This document shows, piece after piece, positions 1-10,200 of a DNA stretch of 64,000 bases. Every line of letters begins with the position of its first letter. The stretch's first letter is position 1. Under the pieces are notes generated by a model. That model worked only from the letters and a program-made list of their open reading frames with translations. It searched no databases and was not told the DNA's origin. The translations under genes were made by a program, and so were the position numbers. The stretch is from contig CAYTGV010000009.1 in the NCBI GenBank assembly GCA_964437495.1, positions 6,983 to 70,982 of the forward strand, in the 5' to 3' direction. The stretch is from an uncultured Planctomycetia bacterium (lineage in GTDB: Bacteria; Omnitrophota; Gorgyraeia; B26-G9).

Positions 1-2
1 AA

Positions 3-782
3 CCGCTTAATGTTGCTTTGATCGGCAGGCCGAATGTAGGAAAATCATCATTTTTGAATAAGCTTTTAAGAGAAGAGCGGGTTATTGTAAATAGTCAGCC
101 TGGAACTACCCGCGACAGTGTTGATACTGCCTTGGAATTTGAGGGGCAAAAGTATATTATGATCGATACTGCAGGAATTCGCAGAAAGAAAAAACAGCAG
201 GAGACGATTGATGTTTATTCGCGTTCAAGGACAATTTCGGCGATAAAACGCAGTGATGTATGTATAATGCTGGTTGACGCCATTGAAGGTATTAGGAGGG
301 ATGATCTGCATATTTTCAGCGTGATCAAAGAAGAAGAAAAGTGCTGTGTTATCGCAATAAATAAATGTGATCTGATTAAATTGGACCTTACAGAATGTAT
401 TATGGCGATAGACAGAAAGGCAGCTTTTATGAATTTTGCTCTTTGTGAGATAGTGTCTGCTAAAAACGGCAAAAATGTTCATAATACACTTAAGATGGTT
501 CAGCATGCATATGCTAATGGACAGAAAAAGATCAAAGTAAATAAATTGGCAAAAACACTTGATAGAATAGTTGAGCATTGTAAAAAACAGAGCTCTTTTG
601 CATCACTTAAACTTCAATTTTTGACCCAGCTTAAAACAATGCCTCCGGTTTTTGCTTTTGTGGTTAATCGCCCGGAATTGATAAAGGACTCTTTTATACG
701 CTTTCTTGAAAATAAGTTAAGGAATGAATATGATTTTAAGGGTACTCCAATAAAAATTTTGTTTAGAAAAAAGAAAAGGTAG
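3..782 (+). CDS. der: Ribosome biogenesis GTPase Der/EngA, C-terminal part (5'-truncated by window edge)
   Basis: Second G-domain motifs GRPNVGKSS, PGTTRD, DTAG, NKCD, then KH-like C-terminus ending GTPIKILFR; frame open from window start. Confidence 0.95.
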   Translation, partial: PLNVALIGRPNVGKSSFLNKLLREERVIVNSQPGTTRDSVDTALEFEGQKYIMIDTAGIRRKKKQQETIDVYSRSRTISAIKRSDVCIMLVDAIEGIRRDDLHIFSVIKEEEKCCVIAINKCDLIKLDLTECIMAIDRKAAFMNFALCEIVSAKNGKNVHNTLKMVQHAYANGQKKIKVNKLAKTLDRIVEHCKKQSSFASLKLQFLTQLKTMPPVFAFVVNRPELIKDSFIRFLENKLRNEYDFKGTPIKILFRKKKR

Positions 783-788
783 TGATTC

Positions 789-1406
789 ATGAATATTTTT
801 TGGATAATCGTGGGATCGATTTTAAGTTATCTGCTAGGCGCCATACCCAGTGCCTATCTTATTACCAAACTTCTCTCGGGCAAGGATATTAGAAATATTG
901 GAAGCGGCAATGTCGGAGCGACTAATGCGCTTCGCATATTAGGAAAGCTGCCAGGATTCATCGTCTTATGTGTTGATATTCTCAAGGGGCTGGCTGCGGT
1001 AACGATTCTGGTGGCTTTTATTGCCATGAAAGTTAATATCTCTGTTGAACTGCTCAGGGCCTTATTTGGATTAATAGCTGTAACCGGGCATATATCCAAT
1101 GTATTTCTGAAATTCAAGGGAGGTAAGGGCGTGGCTACAAGCGTGGGTGTAATACTTGGAATTGCCCCCATGAGTTTACTGGGGGCAGCTATATGCTTTG
1201 TTATTATTGTCGCGGCTACAAAGTATGTGTCTTTAGGTTCAATAATCAGTTCTATTCTTATCCCGTTTTTTCTTTTATGGACTAAGGCGCATGCAAGCTA
1301 TGTAGTGCTTAGTGCCCTGTTGTGCATAATAATAGTTGCCAAACATAAAGCTAATATCAAGCGCCTGTTGTGCGGCAGAGAAAGAAAGGCCTTTGAAGAA
1401 AAATGA
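789..1406 (+). CDS. plsY: Glycerol-3-phosphate acyltransferase PlsY
   Basis: GSGNVGATN and FKGGKGVAT motifs, multi-TM, KHKANIKRL C-terminal motif; der-plsY-gpsA synteny. Confidence 0.95.
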   Translation: MNIFWIIVGSILSYLLGAIPSAYLITKLLSGKDIRNIGSGNVGATNALRILGKLPGFIVLCVDILKGLAAVTILVAFIAMKVNISVELLRALFGLIAVTGHISNVFLKFKGGKGVATSVGVILGIAPMSLLGAAICFVIIVAATKYVSLGSIISSILIPFFLLWTKAHASYVVLSALLCIIIVAKHKANIKRLLCGRERKAFEEK

Positions 1407-2392
1407 AGATTGCGATAATCGGTGACGGTGGATGGGGAACTGCGCTTGCTGTTCTTTTGAATAATAATAAATATTCTGTAAATCTTTGGGGCGCTTTCCC
1501 GGATTATGTCCAGAAAGTGAAAAAAACTAGAAAAAATAATAAATTTCTCCCGGGGATACTGATCCCAGAATCTATTGTGATTACAGATGCCTTGGAGGAT
1601 GCATTGAAAGACGCAAGACTGATTATACTTGCGGTTCCTTCACAATATATGCGCGGGGTGTTAAAAAAAATCAAAAAGTATAATACTAGGTCTTCGATAT
1701 TTTTAAGTGTAGCTAAGGGGTTGGAATATAAAAGTAATATTATTATGTCCGAGGTTATTAAGCATGAAATCCAAACACAGGAGGTGGCTGTACTTTCCGG
1801 TCCGAATATAGCTTATGAAGTTGCCAGGGGTATTCCTTCAGCGGCTGTATGTGCCAGTTCTAGAAAAAATACCGCAAGCATAGTTCAGAATATTTTAATG
1901 AGCAATAGTTTTCGTGTTTATACAGCTAGTGATGTGCTGGGGGTGGAGCTTGCCGGTGCATTTAAAAATATAATTGCTATAGCCTGCGGCATATCTGACG
2001 GATTAGGTTTTGGAACTAATACCAAGTCAGCTTTGCTGACAAGAGGGCTAGCTGAAATCACACGTCTTGGCATAGCAATGGGCGCAAAGCATAAAACATT
2101 CAGTGGGCTTTCCGGCATGGGAGACCTGGTAACCACATGTATGAGCTCAAGAAGCCGAAATAGAAATTTAGGAGAACAACTCGGAAGTGGAAAACAGCTT
2201 GACCAGGTTTTAAAAAAAACCGAAATGGTTGTTGAGGGAATCATGGCTGCTAAAATCGCCTTAAAGCTAGCTAAGAAATATAAGGTTTATATGCCAATTA
2301 CTTATGAGGTTTGTAGCGTATTGTATAAGCATAAAAAGCCAAAGGCGGCAATGCAGTCTTTAATGCAAAGAGGAAAAAAAAACGAACTATAG
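1403..2392 (+). CDS. gpsA: NAD(P)H-dependent glycerol-3-phosphate dehydrogenase
   Basis: GDGGWGTALA Rossmann motif, KGLE, SGPN, KNIIAIACG, GDLVTTC..SRN. Confidence 0.96.
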   Translation: MKIAIIGDGGWGTALAVLLNNNKYSVNLWGAFPDYVQKVKKTRKNNKFLPGILIPESIVITDALEDALKDARLIILAVPSQYMRGVLKKIKKYNTRSSIFLSVAKGLEYKSNIIMSEVIKHEIQTQEVAVLSGPNIAYEVARGIPSAAVCASSRKNTASIVQNILMSNSFRVYTASDVLGVELAGAFKNIIAIACGISDGLGFGTNTKSALLTRGLAEITRLGIAMGAKHKTFSGLSGMGDLVTTCMSSRSRNRNLGEQLGSGKQLDQVLKKTEMVVEGIMAAKIALKLAKKYKVYMPITYEVCSVLYKHKKPKAAMQSLMQRGKKNEL

Positions 2393-2589
2393 CTTATTTA
2401 TAATCACAGCCTGTTTGATAACTGTTGTAGATAATGTAAGTTAAGTGGATAAATGCGAATATTGTCTTGAATTTCAGGGTGTTTTGTAGTAATCTATGAT
2501 TTATATATTTGTAAGTGAGAATAAAAGCCATTAAACTTTTATTCTGGCTGTAATAAAATCAATAAAAAGTAATCCTTTGTATTGTACTG

Positions 2590-2667
2590 CGGGGCGTGGC
2601 GCAGTTTGGCTAGCGCGCTTGAATGGGGTTCAAGAGGTCGGTGGTTCGAGTCCACTCGCCCCGACCA
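2590..2667 (+). tRNA. tRNA-Pro (GGG)
   Basis: Cloverleaf: acceptor CGGGGCG/CGCCCCG, anticodon stem CTTGA/TCAAG with loop AT-GGG-GT, T-loop GTTCGAG, encoded CCA. Confidence 0.97.
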
Positions 2668-2721
2668 TTATTGCAAGAATTTAAGGCGGTTGCAAACCGG
2701 AAAGAAAATTTAAAAAACAAT

Positions 2722-3126
2722 ATGAGCGATTCTGAAAGAAGAAATTTCGTACGCATTAATGCTAACTTTGTTGTAAGTTATTATGTGTATCCTGGGCATG
2801 TTAACCGAACTGATATGACGCTTACGAGAAATGTCAGTGTGGGAGGAATTTGTTTTACAACTGATAAGCATTTTCCACCGGGTACAATTCTACATATTAC
2901 CTTAAGACTGCCGAAAGTAAAAAATTTGGTTGAAATCCTGGGAGAAGTTATGTATGTTAAGCAAGAGACAAATAAAAAACTTCTTTTCGATATTGGTGTT
3001 AAATTTGTGCAGTGTAAGGATGATGACCTGCATATAATTGATAAGATAATAAGTGTCTGCGCAAGTTCAGAGACTAAACTGGATATGATTTACAAAATTA
3101 AAAAAAATGAAGATAAAAAAAATTAA
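2722..3126 (+). CDS. Stand-alone PilZ-domain protein (c-di-GMP receptor)
   Basis: ERRNFVR (RxxxR) and NVSVGG (D/NxSxxG) motifs, C-terminal IGVKF; start moved to ATG 2722 because the longer ORF overlaps the tRNA. Confidence 0.85.
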   Translation: MSDSERRNFVRINANFVVSYYVYPGHVNRTDMTLTRNVSVGGICFTTDKHFPPGTILHITLRLPKVKNLVEILGEVMYVKQETNKKLLFDIGVKFVQCKDDDLHIIDKIISVCASSETKLDMIYKIKKNEDKKN

Positions 3127-4408
3127 TTTAGGACTTATTGGTTTTGGGACTATTGGTTCAGGTGTCATAAGCGTATTGCAGAAAAAATCTGCTTTACTTG
3201 AAAATAAGCTGGGAGTAAAAATCAGATTAAAAAGGGTTTGCGAAGTTAATCCCGTGCTTGTAAGAAAACTGAAATCAAAAAAAGTCGATATATGCAAAAA
3301 TGCGGATAAAATCATTGAAGATCCGGATATTGACATAGTCATAGAGCTTATGGGAGGAATTCATCCAGCAAAGGAATATATACTCAAAGCCCTGCGTAAT
3401 AAGAAATATGTAATAACCGCTAATAAAGCACTGCTTGCAGAAGAAGGTGAGGAGATATTCAAAACTGCTAAAGCCAATGGAGTTGATGTTTATTTTGAGG
3501 CAAGTGTTGGCGGAGGCATCCCCATAATTAGAAGCCTGAGAGAGGGACTGATTGCCAATAAGATTGAAAGCATTTATGGTATTATTAACGGAACTAGTAA
3601 TTATATTCTAAGCCGAATGTCAGAATGCGCAGTTGAATTTAAAAGCGCGCTTATTGAGGCGCAAAAAAAAGGCTATGCTGAAAAAAATCCCCATTTTGAT
3701 ATAAGCGGTATTGATTGTGCTCACAAAATTGCGATACTTGCTAGAATTTGTTTCAATCAGAGCGTTAATTTTAAGGATATTTATATCGAGGGCATAAATA
3801 ATATTGAATTAAGTGATCTTAATTATGCCGAAGACCTTGGTTTTTGCGTGAAATTACTGGCAATAGCTAAAAGGGTACCCCACGGATTACAAATCAGAGT
3901 GCATCCGTGTTTAGTGCCTAAAGGTCATTTGCTTGCTAATGTAAAAGGTGTCTATAATGCCGTGTTTATCAAAGCGGATTTAATCGGCAGGGCCCTGCTT
4001 CAGGGCGAGGGAGCCGGAGCATTACCTACGGCCAGCGCGGTGGTAGGAGATATAATTTCAATAGCACAGAAGATTCCGCAGAAAAACCAGATTGATTTCC
4101 TTAATATTAAAGACAGGAAGATAAGTGAAAAAATAATTTCTGTCGATGAGCTGTTAACCAGATATTATTTTCGTTTTACTGCTTTGGATAAACCGGAGGT
4201 TCTGTCTAAAATTTCAAGCATTCTAGGTAAATTTAAAATAAGTATCTATAGTGTTATTCAAAAAGGCAGGCAACAATCACAGGCTGTTCCAATTGTAATG
4301 ATGACACATGAGGCCAGGGAAAAGGATATTCAAAGTGCCCTGGCACAGATAAATAGATTACCTTTTATAAAGAAAAAGACAGTAGCTATACGGGTTGAAA
4401 GGATATAG
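3107..4408 (+). CDS. hom: Homoserine dehydrogenase with ACT domain
   Basis: [33 protein letters not shown]-terminal ACT (DKPEVLSKI). Confidence 0.96.
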   Translation: MKIKKINLGLIGFGTIGSGVISVLQKKSALLENKLGVKIRLKRVCEVNPVLVRKLKSKKVDICKNADKIIEDPDIDIVIELMGGIHPAKEYILKALRNKKYVITANKALLAEEGEEIFKTAKANGVDVYFEASVGGGIPIIRSLREGLIANKIESIYGIINGTSNYILSRMSECAVEFKSALIEAQKKGYAEKNPHFDISGIDCAHKIAILARICFNQSVNFKDIYIEGINNIELSDLNYAEDLGFCVKLLAIAKRVPHGLQIRVHPCLVPKGHLLANVKGVYNAVFIKADLIGRALLQGEGAGALPTASAVVGDIISIAQKIPQKNQIDFLNIKDRKISEKIISVDELLTRYYFRFTALDKPEVLSKISSILGKFKISIYSVIQKGRQQSQAVPIVMMTHEAREKDIQSALAQINRLPFIKKKTVAIRVERI

Positions 4409-4413
4409 ATATA

Positions 4414-5487
4414 ATGAACTCTAATTGGCAGGGATTGATAGAAAAATATAGAGAGTTTCTACCGGTAACAGAAATTACTCCTGTAATTACCTTGCTTGAA
4501 GGAAATACGCCTTTAATATATGCTAAAAAACTTAGTGCAATTGTCGGAACTGATATTTCCATATATATTAAATATGAAGGCCTGAATCCGACCGGTTCGT
4601 TTAAAGACCGCGGTATGACTATGGCGATAACAAAGGCTAAAGAAGTAGGTGCTCAAGCAGTAATGTGTGCATCTACTGGAAACACATCTGCATCTGCGGC
4701 AGCATATAGTGCCAAGGCTGATTTAAAGTGTATTGTTTTGATACCTAAAGGATCCATTGCTTTAGGCAAGCTGGCTCAGTCACTTATTCATGGTGCTCAT
4801 GTCCTGGCAGTTGATGGAAATTTTGATCAGGCACTTGAACTGGTCAGGGAAATCACAGATAGCTATCCTATTACACTGGTCAATTCGCTGAATCCTTTTA
4901 GAATCGAAGGGCAAAAAACTGCAGCTTTTGAGGTCTGTGACACACTAGGCAAGGCTCCGGATTTTTTGGCTATCCCGGTTGGCAATGCGGGAAATATTAC
5001 TGCTTACTGGAAGGGTTTTAATGAGTATTTTCAAAAGACCAAGATATCTTCTCTGCCTAAAATACTTGGCTTTCAGGCCGCAGGATCAGCTCCGATAGTA
5101 TATGGAAAAATAATTAAGGATCCAAAGACAATTGCTACGGCAATTAAGATCGGTAATCCGGCAAGCTGGAAAAAAGCGGAACAGGCTCGTGATGATTCTG
5201 GCGGTTTAATTGATATGGTTAGTGATGATGAGATTTTAAAGGCTTATTTACTTTTAGCTCAAACCGAAGGTATTTTTGTGGAGCCAGCTTCCGCGGCATC
5301 AGTAGCTGGGGTTTTAAAACTGGCGGATTCAGGTTATTTCAAGAATACAGGTCAGGTTACTCTGGTTTGTGTTGTAACAGGACATGGGTTAAAGGATCCT
5401 GATCGGGCGATAAAATGTGTCCAAGAGCCGCAGGTCATTGCCCCAACAATAGAGTCTGTACTGGAGAAAGCAGGAATAAATAAATGA
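4414..5487 (+). CDS. thrC: Threonine synthase
   Basis: [13 protein letters not shown] lysine motif, [17 protein letters not shown]. Confidence 0.95.
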   Translation: MNSNWQGLIEKYREFLPVTEITPVITLLEGNTPLIYAKKLSAIVGTDISIYIKYEGLNPTGSFKDRGMTMAITKAKEVGAQAVMCASTGNTSASAAAYSAKADLKCIVLIPKGSIALGKLAQSLIHGAHVLAVDGNFDQALELVREITDSYPITLVNSLNPFRIEGQKTAAFEVCDTLGKAPDFLAIPVGNAGNITAYWKGFNEYFQKTKISSLPKILGFQAAGSAPIVYGKIIKDPKTIATAIKIGNPASWKKAEQARDDSGGLIDMVSDDEILKAYLLLAQTEGIFVEPASAASVAGVLKLADSGYFKNTGQVTLVCVVTGHGLKDPDRAIKCVQEPQVIAPTIESVLEKAGINK

Positions 5488-6698
5488 AAAAAGAAATAAA
5501 ATATATTGTAATTGTGCCGGATGGTATGGCTGACAATTCCTTGGCAGAATTCGGCGGCAAAACTCCTTTAGCAGTAGCCAGAACTCCGAACATGGATTTT
5601 ATGGCTGTGAACGGTAAAATCGGGTTATCTTCTTTTATTCCGCAGGGAATGACGCCGGGAAGTGATGTGGCTAATCTGGCTATTTTCGGTTATGATCCAA
5701 AAAAGTACTTTTCTGGAAGAGCGTCTTTTGAGGCCACAAATTTAGGCATAAAAATCAAGGAGGGTGAAATCGCTTTTCGCTGTAATTTCATTACAGAAGA
5801 AAACGATATTCTTATAGATTATAGTGCTGGGCATATTAAAACAAAAGAGGCGCATGTCTTGATCAAAGTTTTAAATAATAGGTTGGGAAATGATATTTTT
5901 AGATTCTATCCGGGAACAAGCTATAGGCATATATTGGTAATAAAGGATCCAAACCACGCTTATGAGGCGCTGAAATGTTTTCCACCGCATGATATTATGG
6001 GTAAAAGCGTAGCTGAGCACTTGCCGCATTTAAAAGCTGATGATAAATTGCTCATTCTGCTTAAGCAGGCAAAGGAGGTCCTGGATGAACATGAAGTTAA
6101 TATGGTACGCAGAGATTTAAGTGAAAATCCGGCAAATATGATCTGGCTATGGGGACAGGGAAAAAAACATGACCTTCCCTTTTTTAAAAAAAAATATGGG
6201 GCAGGCGGCAGTGTAATTTCTGCGGTTGATTTGATCAAGGGAATAGGAAAATCTATAGGGTTAATGCCGATTGATGTTCCGGGTGCAACCGGATATTATG
6301 ATACAGATTATGCTGCTAAGGCAAAATATGCCTTAATGAGCCTGGAGCGGGAAAATTTTGTTTTTATTCATGTTGAAGCAACTGACGAGGCTGGGCATAA
6401 TGGTGATGCTAGAGCTAAAATAATTGCGATTGAGAACATAGACAGATTGATCATTGGAAAAATCCTTGAAGAATATAAGGATAGAGACGATTTTCGGATC
6501 CTGGTATTGCCTGATCATCCTACACCGGTAGCATTAAAAACACATACAAGTGATCCTGTATGCTTTTTAATGTATGGACACGGAGTTGCGAAAGATGAAT
6601 TTTTATGGTATAATGAATTAGAGGCTGGGAAAAGCGATTTTAGGTTTAAAAATGGCTTTGAGCTTATGGATTGGTTTATGGGAAGGGATAGCTTTTAA
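5484..6698 (+). CDS. apgM: Cofactor-independent phosphoglycerate mutase (ApgM family; proposed homoserine kinase subfamily)
   Basis: [30 protein letters not shown] alkaline-phosphatase-superfamily metal motifs. Confidence 0.88.
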   Translation: MKKEIKYIVIVPDGMADNSLAEFGGKTPLAVARTPNMDFMAVNGKIGLSSFIPQGMTPGSDVANLAIFGYDPKKYFSGRASFEATNLGIKIKEGEIAFRCNFITEENDILIDYSAGHIKTKEAHVLIKVLNNRLGNDIFRFYPGTSYRHILVIKDPNHAYEALKCFPPHDIMGKSVAEHLPHLKADDKLLILLKQAKEVLDEHEVNMVRRDLSENPANMIWLWGQGKKHDLPFFKKKYGAGGSVISAVDLIKGIGKSIGLMPIDVPGATGYYDTDYAAKAKYALMSLERENFVFIHVEATDEAGHNGDARAKIIAIENIDRLIIGKILEEYKDRDDFRILVLPDHPTPVALKTHTSDPVCFLMYGHGVAKDEFLWYNELEAGKSDFRFKNGFELMDWFMGRDSF

Positions 6699-6826
6699 AA
6701 AATTATAAAAAATATTATACATATTATTTTCAAAATACGCATTCATTAGTCCCGTCCAATCCGCATAAAAAGTAGCAAGCCTAATTATTCACTTTCTAAC
6801 TCATTACGTTACAGTATATTAGAGAT

Positions 6827-6855
6827 TTGACTTAATTGATGTATTGTGATATACT
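6827..6855 (+). promoter_or_regulatory. Sigma70-type promoter for riboswitch/giant gene
   Basis: TTGACT-17 nt-TATACT with extended -10 TG. Confidence 0.75.
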
Positions 6856-6893
6856 TAATGTAGCATTTTTAAAAGCATTTAATTAGTTTATAG

Positions 6894-7072
6894 TTATATC
6901 CGAAAATCCGTGAATAACGGAACTGCTAAATTTAGCAGGGGCAACTCTAAGGGAAATCTTGGGGACGCAAAGCTACGGGTCTAAAGCATGTGCAAAGATC
7001 GCCGGGCGTACCGACAACGACTTTACACGCTATTGATAGCCGGGCTACCGAGATATAAGCAGTTCGGCTTTT
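6894..7072 (+). promoter_or_regulatory. Cyclic di-GMP-I (GEMM) riboswitch, variant with insertions, plus terminator-type expression platform
   Basis: GGGCAA, P2 with GAAA tetraloop (CTCTAAGG-GAAA-TCTTGGGG), GACGCAAAGC, GGGTCTAA...GATAGCCGGGCTACCGA; P1 TTATATCCG (6894-6902)/CG-A-GATATAA (7049-7058); downstream AGCCGGGCT/AGTTCGGCT + TTTT. Confidence 0.88.
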
Positions 7073-7097
7073 ATATTATAAGGAGGAAAGGAGGAAC

Positions 7098-7169
7098 ATG
7101 AGAAAACCTAAAAAAACATTGCACTTATTTATATTTTATACATTCTTAAAAGTTCAGTGTATGCGTTAG
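7098..7169 (+). CDS. Putative 23-aa upstream ORF (MRKPKKTLHLFIFYTFLKVQCMR)
   Basis: Preceded by tandem strong SD AAGGAGGAAAGGAGG; below ORF-track cutoff; no homology known. Confidence 0.35.
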   Translation: MRKPKKTLHLFIFYTFLKVQCMR

Positions 7170-7219
7170 ATATCATTGTTTTATAACTATTTTATTTAAA
7201 TGTTTGAGAGGAGGCAGTT

Positions 7220-10200
7220 ATGTTTAATAGTATCCGCAGTTATACATATATTGTATTAGTAAGTTTTTTAGTAAACGCGTTGACTTTGGGCAATGCATTT
7301 GCATTGGATCTGGAGGCATGGCAAGACATGCTCATGTCTGATGAGGTCATCCAGGGTGTATTCGGAGGCGTAATCAGCTCTCAGAGTGAGTCTGGAGAAA
7401 TGGACACAGCAGTTGCTCCGGCACCTCGCGTGATCGAGCAGTCAAATGGCGATATAGCCATAAGGTTTAGTGATTCCGCACAAGCTAGTGTTTCCACAAC
7501 CACAGAAGGCCTTACAAAAGTAACATATTCAATGAGTGGCGCTAGAGTAAAAGTAAAGGATCTGGAAACTAATGAGGAATTTGAGTTTCAGTATGAGCTT
7601 GAGGGTTCTGTAGTTAAACTGGTTAACTCAAGCGGAGCGGTTGTGCGTCAGGAAACCTATAATAATTTTGGTCAGCTTTTGACAACTAAAGCGCAGGGCA
7701 CAAATACAAATGTGTATTCTTCCGATGGATTAAATACACTTGTTAAATCTATTGACCAGTGGGGCAATGAAACAATCTATGATGACGAGAGCCGTCCTGA
7801 TTTTGCGCAATATATAGAGGTTGACGGTACAGTAGTTGTTTTTAGAAATTATACCTTTGACAACATTGGAATACTTGAAAGCATCGTAGATGAAAACGGT
7901 AATAGCATTACTTTTCTGGCTGACGGAATAAGAGTTGATGAGATAAGAAACTTTGCCGGTACACTTACTAGTTCTTATCAATATGATGACGTCTCAGGTA
8001 ATCTTATAAGCGTTACAGATCATGTGTCTGATTCAATTACGATAGTTGATGGCGGTCAGTATACCCAGACTTATGATATTGTTCCGGTTTTAGATGATAA
8101 CAATAATCCAGTGCTTGATGCAGGCAATGAACCTGTGACAGAATTGGTTTTAAAGGGAACTTATAATTATGATGTAGCCGGGAATGTGTCTGCTATTACC
8201 AATATTGGTGAAGAGGGCTGTGTTACCGGATGGACAGATTATGATGAGTTCGGCCGAATATCCGGAACATATAACCATGAAGGTGCATTGGTACAATCTT
8301 ATATGTATAATGATCATGGTTTTTTACAGCAAACTATGAGCTTAGGCGATGCTCAGACTGTGGTGTCGGTTACGAAGTTTGACCTTAAAGGCCGTCCTAT
8401 GGAAGTTTGGCAGATCGGCAACGGGGGGAATAAAGTAAAAATTCAGGAATATGTCTATAAGGAAAATGGACTCCTTGATACTACTTTCTCATTAGGAATT
8501 CTTAGAGGTACGGATGAAACAAATGAGACAACTTTTAATAAGCCTATAGACACAAATGGAAACCTTGTCACAGACGGCAGATTTACTTACTTTACAACAT
8601 CAACGACTGAGTATGATAAAAAAGGTAGGCCATCGACAGTATATTCAATAGTGCGAAATGACAATGGGGATTATATCTCCGGCTATGATGATAACGGCGA
8701 TGTGATTACAACAGCTGATTCTACTCAGGCATTGCTTGAAAAACAGCAGTCTTACAGCTATGACAAAAGAGGATTTCTTTCTAAAACAACCAGCTATGGC
8801 TTTAACAACCGCGCGACTTCAACAACACAATTTGACCGCTATGGCAGACCTGAGAAGTCTTTTAATGCTCAAGGTGAGCAAACGCAGGAATATGTATATA
8901 ATCTTGATGGTTTTCTTGTCCAGACAAAAAATTTCGGCGAAAATGGTGTGCAAACTGGATATACTAATTACGATGCCAAGGGAAAACCAACAGACGTATA
9001 TAATCATCTAGACACTCTTACCCAAAAATACGTTTACGATGAAAACGGCTTAATGGTTATGAGTTTAAATCTTAACGGTACTGATGGTGTTAATTCTGAA
9101 ATAATATCAACAATGTCTGATGTAGAATTAATCGCAGCTATGTGGGATGATAGTTTTAGCGCTGAAGTATTAGCGGGTATCGGTGCTTATAATGAGATAG
9201 AGGGCGATGGTATCCCGGCATTAAATGAGGCATTAATGACTGCTATTTGGGATGAAAATAATGAACATACTACAGATTTCAAAAAGAAATGCGCAATGAT
9301 GCTTATAAAGACTTTTAGTGATGGCGCAAAGGGCGGCAATCAGTATTTAATTAATGATGTCGGCAGTGCTTATCATATGCTTGGCCAGTTTCTTGAAGAA
9401 GAAGGCAATAATGAAGGAGCAGTTGCGGCTTATAAGATTCAGGCATCTGAATTTACAGGCGCGATGGCTATAGCTGATGGTGTTAGCGTTTCTGTTACAG
9501 CCTGGTCAACAGACAGACTTGTAAATATGACAGATGCCAATGGGGATCCAGTAGCAGTAAATACTGCTGTTGTAACCGGATATACCATTTTTGGCGGAGA
9601 CTCAAAACCAATATCCTCTTATCAATGCTATGATGATGGGGTAAATGGTCTGCAGGTTACCAAGGTACAGGATTATGATTACTCCTATGAAGCAACAAAG
9701 AAAATTATCGTAGGTTATGATACAGATAATAAACCAATATATGAAAAAATAACCTTTACACAATTTTCTAACTTTGTTAGAAAAACTATTAATTACGGTG
9801 ATTATGAAGATACAAATGCAAATGGTACTGTAGGCGATGCCGGTGATGTTCAGGTAACAACAGGATTTACAGTATTTGATAACTACGGCAGACAGCTTGA
9901 AACCTATAATGAAGATGGCAATGTTGTTCAAAAATATTCTTATTCAAAGTCAGGATTTTTGAATTTTACTTACTCTTACGGTAAAGACAAGGCTCTTACC
10001 GGAACAACTGTTTTTGACAATTACTCTAGACCAATTGCCAGTTTTAATGCATACGGAAAAGCAACCAGGATACCGGCTGACCTTATCGCTGCATTAGCTG
10101 ACGGTCTTAGCATAGCAGATATTGAAAATCCGGAATGGCAGCCATTTTTAAAAGGACTGACTCAGACCTTTGAATACGGAACAGACGGCCTACTGGCAAC

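Noticed and set aside
2623-2721. N-terminal extension of the PilZ ORF
   Set aside because: Overlaps tRNA-Pro; the PilZ motif starts right after ATG 2722
2668-3106. Prophage/island integrated at tRNA-Pro
   Set aside because: No integrase, and no duplicate of the tRNA 3' end was noticed
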